Positions 63,001 to 64,000 of a stretch of DNA of 64,000 nt are shown here, piece by piece. The position numbers and the translations under genes are program-made. Source of the DNA: Octopus vulgaris (taxonomy: Eukaryota); contig OX597825.1 of NCBI GenBank assembly GCA_951406725.2, positions 75,702,001 to 75,766,000 of the forward strand, in the 5' to 3' direction. Position 1 is the first letter of the stretch. Each line of letters opens with the position of its first letter. The notes beneath the pieces were generated by a model that did not search any database, was not told the DNA's origin, and worked only from the letters and a program-made list of their open reading frames with translations.

Positions 63001-64000
63001 AGCTATTTTACTGTCTACTTTTCTAATTAGTATTCTATCTAGATACGACCTGGAAGATCCGTCGCTGTTTGACCATGTCCACAATGGAGCGTTCGGAAAT
63101 TCCAGCCTATAAGGATCTGCTAGCTCAAAGCGGCTTAGCAGTTCCATGAAGCCACTGTTGCCTTTTCTATCTGGACACGAGCCAACATAATCTACATCCG
63201 CTTTGCAAATTGTGTTAAAGTCTCCTAGCACCACTAATGAATGCGAAGTACCAAGAAAGTTTTCTAGTTCACGAAAATAATCACTTTGCCCTGTATGGTT
63301 GGGTGCGTAAATTGCAACCAGTCTGATAACTTTACCATTACTGAACGTCAAATCCATGACGACCAGCCTACCTTCTGGATCTGCAAAAATTAACTTTTTC
63401 TCAGAAACCCGGTTTCTTTTTAATAGGACCAACACCCCACTCCCGCCTGTAGGACTGCCAGGAGAGAAAAAACTCTCGTAGCCGTCAAACAGCGGGAGTA
63501 GACCTCTTGGCCCCTCTAGCCGGGTTTCTGTAGCAACAATAACATCTAAATTACGCGACCTGATATCATGCAGGAAGCGACCTTGCTTCCAGCCTGCTCC
63601 CAGGCCGCGCACATTTAAACAACCAACATAAATGTAATCCATTACTTACCTTTATATCAGTGGTTCGGTTTTTTCTTCTTCTTCCTTCTCTTTTTCTGGG
63701 CCTCGTGGGGGAGTCTGACGTAGGCCCTCGAATATATGTGGAGATGTTACATCCAACCTAAGTGGGCCTACGTCATGGAAGAAATCTGACTTTATCCGCC
63801 CGTAATCCTTCCGGTCTATTTTGTAAATTGCAAAGTCATTTTTTTCTCTACTCTCTTCACATTGGCCATGGCTGCCAACACGTTTCCGAGTCTGCTATTT
63901 GATGCTTTTACGGCCATATATGAGTTTATTGACTCTTTTTTCTTTTTAAAATTACTCTGGGAGGGGTGGTTTCCGTTTTTCTTTTTTTTTTTCCGATAAT
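60004..64000 (-). mobile_element. Tx1/L1-clade LINE, near intact, 5' part runs off the window
   Basis: GC-rich; APE plus RT plus C-terminal zinc finger ORF2; 3' UTR about 60247-60004 ending in an A-rich tail; K/E-rich open stretch 63894-63652 may be the end of ORF1. Confidence 0.9.
60248..63642 (-). CDS. LINE ORF2 (AP endonuclease, reverse transcriptase, Cys/His finger) with a single frameshift at 62110-62113
   Basis: LNVRGL, ATETR, IYAPN, LGDFN, YLDRIL, SDH; KAPGLDG, DNFRPITLLNTELKILAK, LDQSKAFDRV, RQGCPLSP, AYADD; CPRC..ETVPHAIVHC. Confidence 0.9.

Noticed and set aside
63642-63644. TAATG stop/start overlap suggesting ORF1-ORF2 coupling
   Set aside because: That frame has stops a few codons upstream; the longer open stretch ends at 63652 in another frame

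Overview
AT-rich, microsatellite-dense eukaryotic DNA. The SINE, RTE, Penelope, R4/Dong and mariner content strongly suggests an octopus (coleoid cephalopod) genome; this is inference from repeat recognition, with no database search. Host genes: (1) an intact, intronless mitochondrial ribosomal protein L4 CDS (34765-35676, +); (2) the last two coding exons of a probable single-pass membrane protein (TM exon 3136-3178 splicing in phase to 11686-11980, a tail with four phosphotyrosine-type motifs); (3) a tandemly duplicated, partly triplicated minus-strand transcription-unit-like block (about 24.2-33.4 kb) with an NRF1-type palindrome, an ATG exon with a strong donor, acceptors and AATAAA, but broken reading frames. 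Most other recognisable sequence is transposon-derived: a near-intact Tx1/L1 LINE with one homopolymer frameshift, three stacked R4/Dong-type elements, several RTE, Penelope and CR1 remnants, Tc1/mariner, hAT and Helitron pieces, and tRNA-derived SINEs. Main points of interest: a 219-bp intronic palindrome with a type I hammerhead ribozyme core on each strand just upstream of a splice acceptor; a SINE 3' tail shared with the Tx1/L1 element; and a near-identical promoter tract between otherwise diverged duplicates. Repeat boundaries and percent identities are by-eye estimates.
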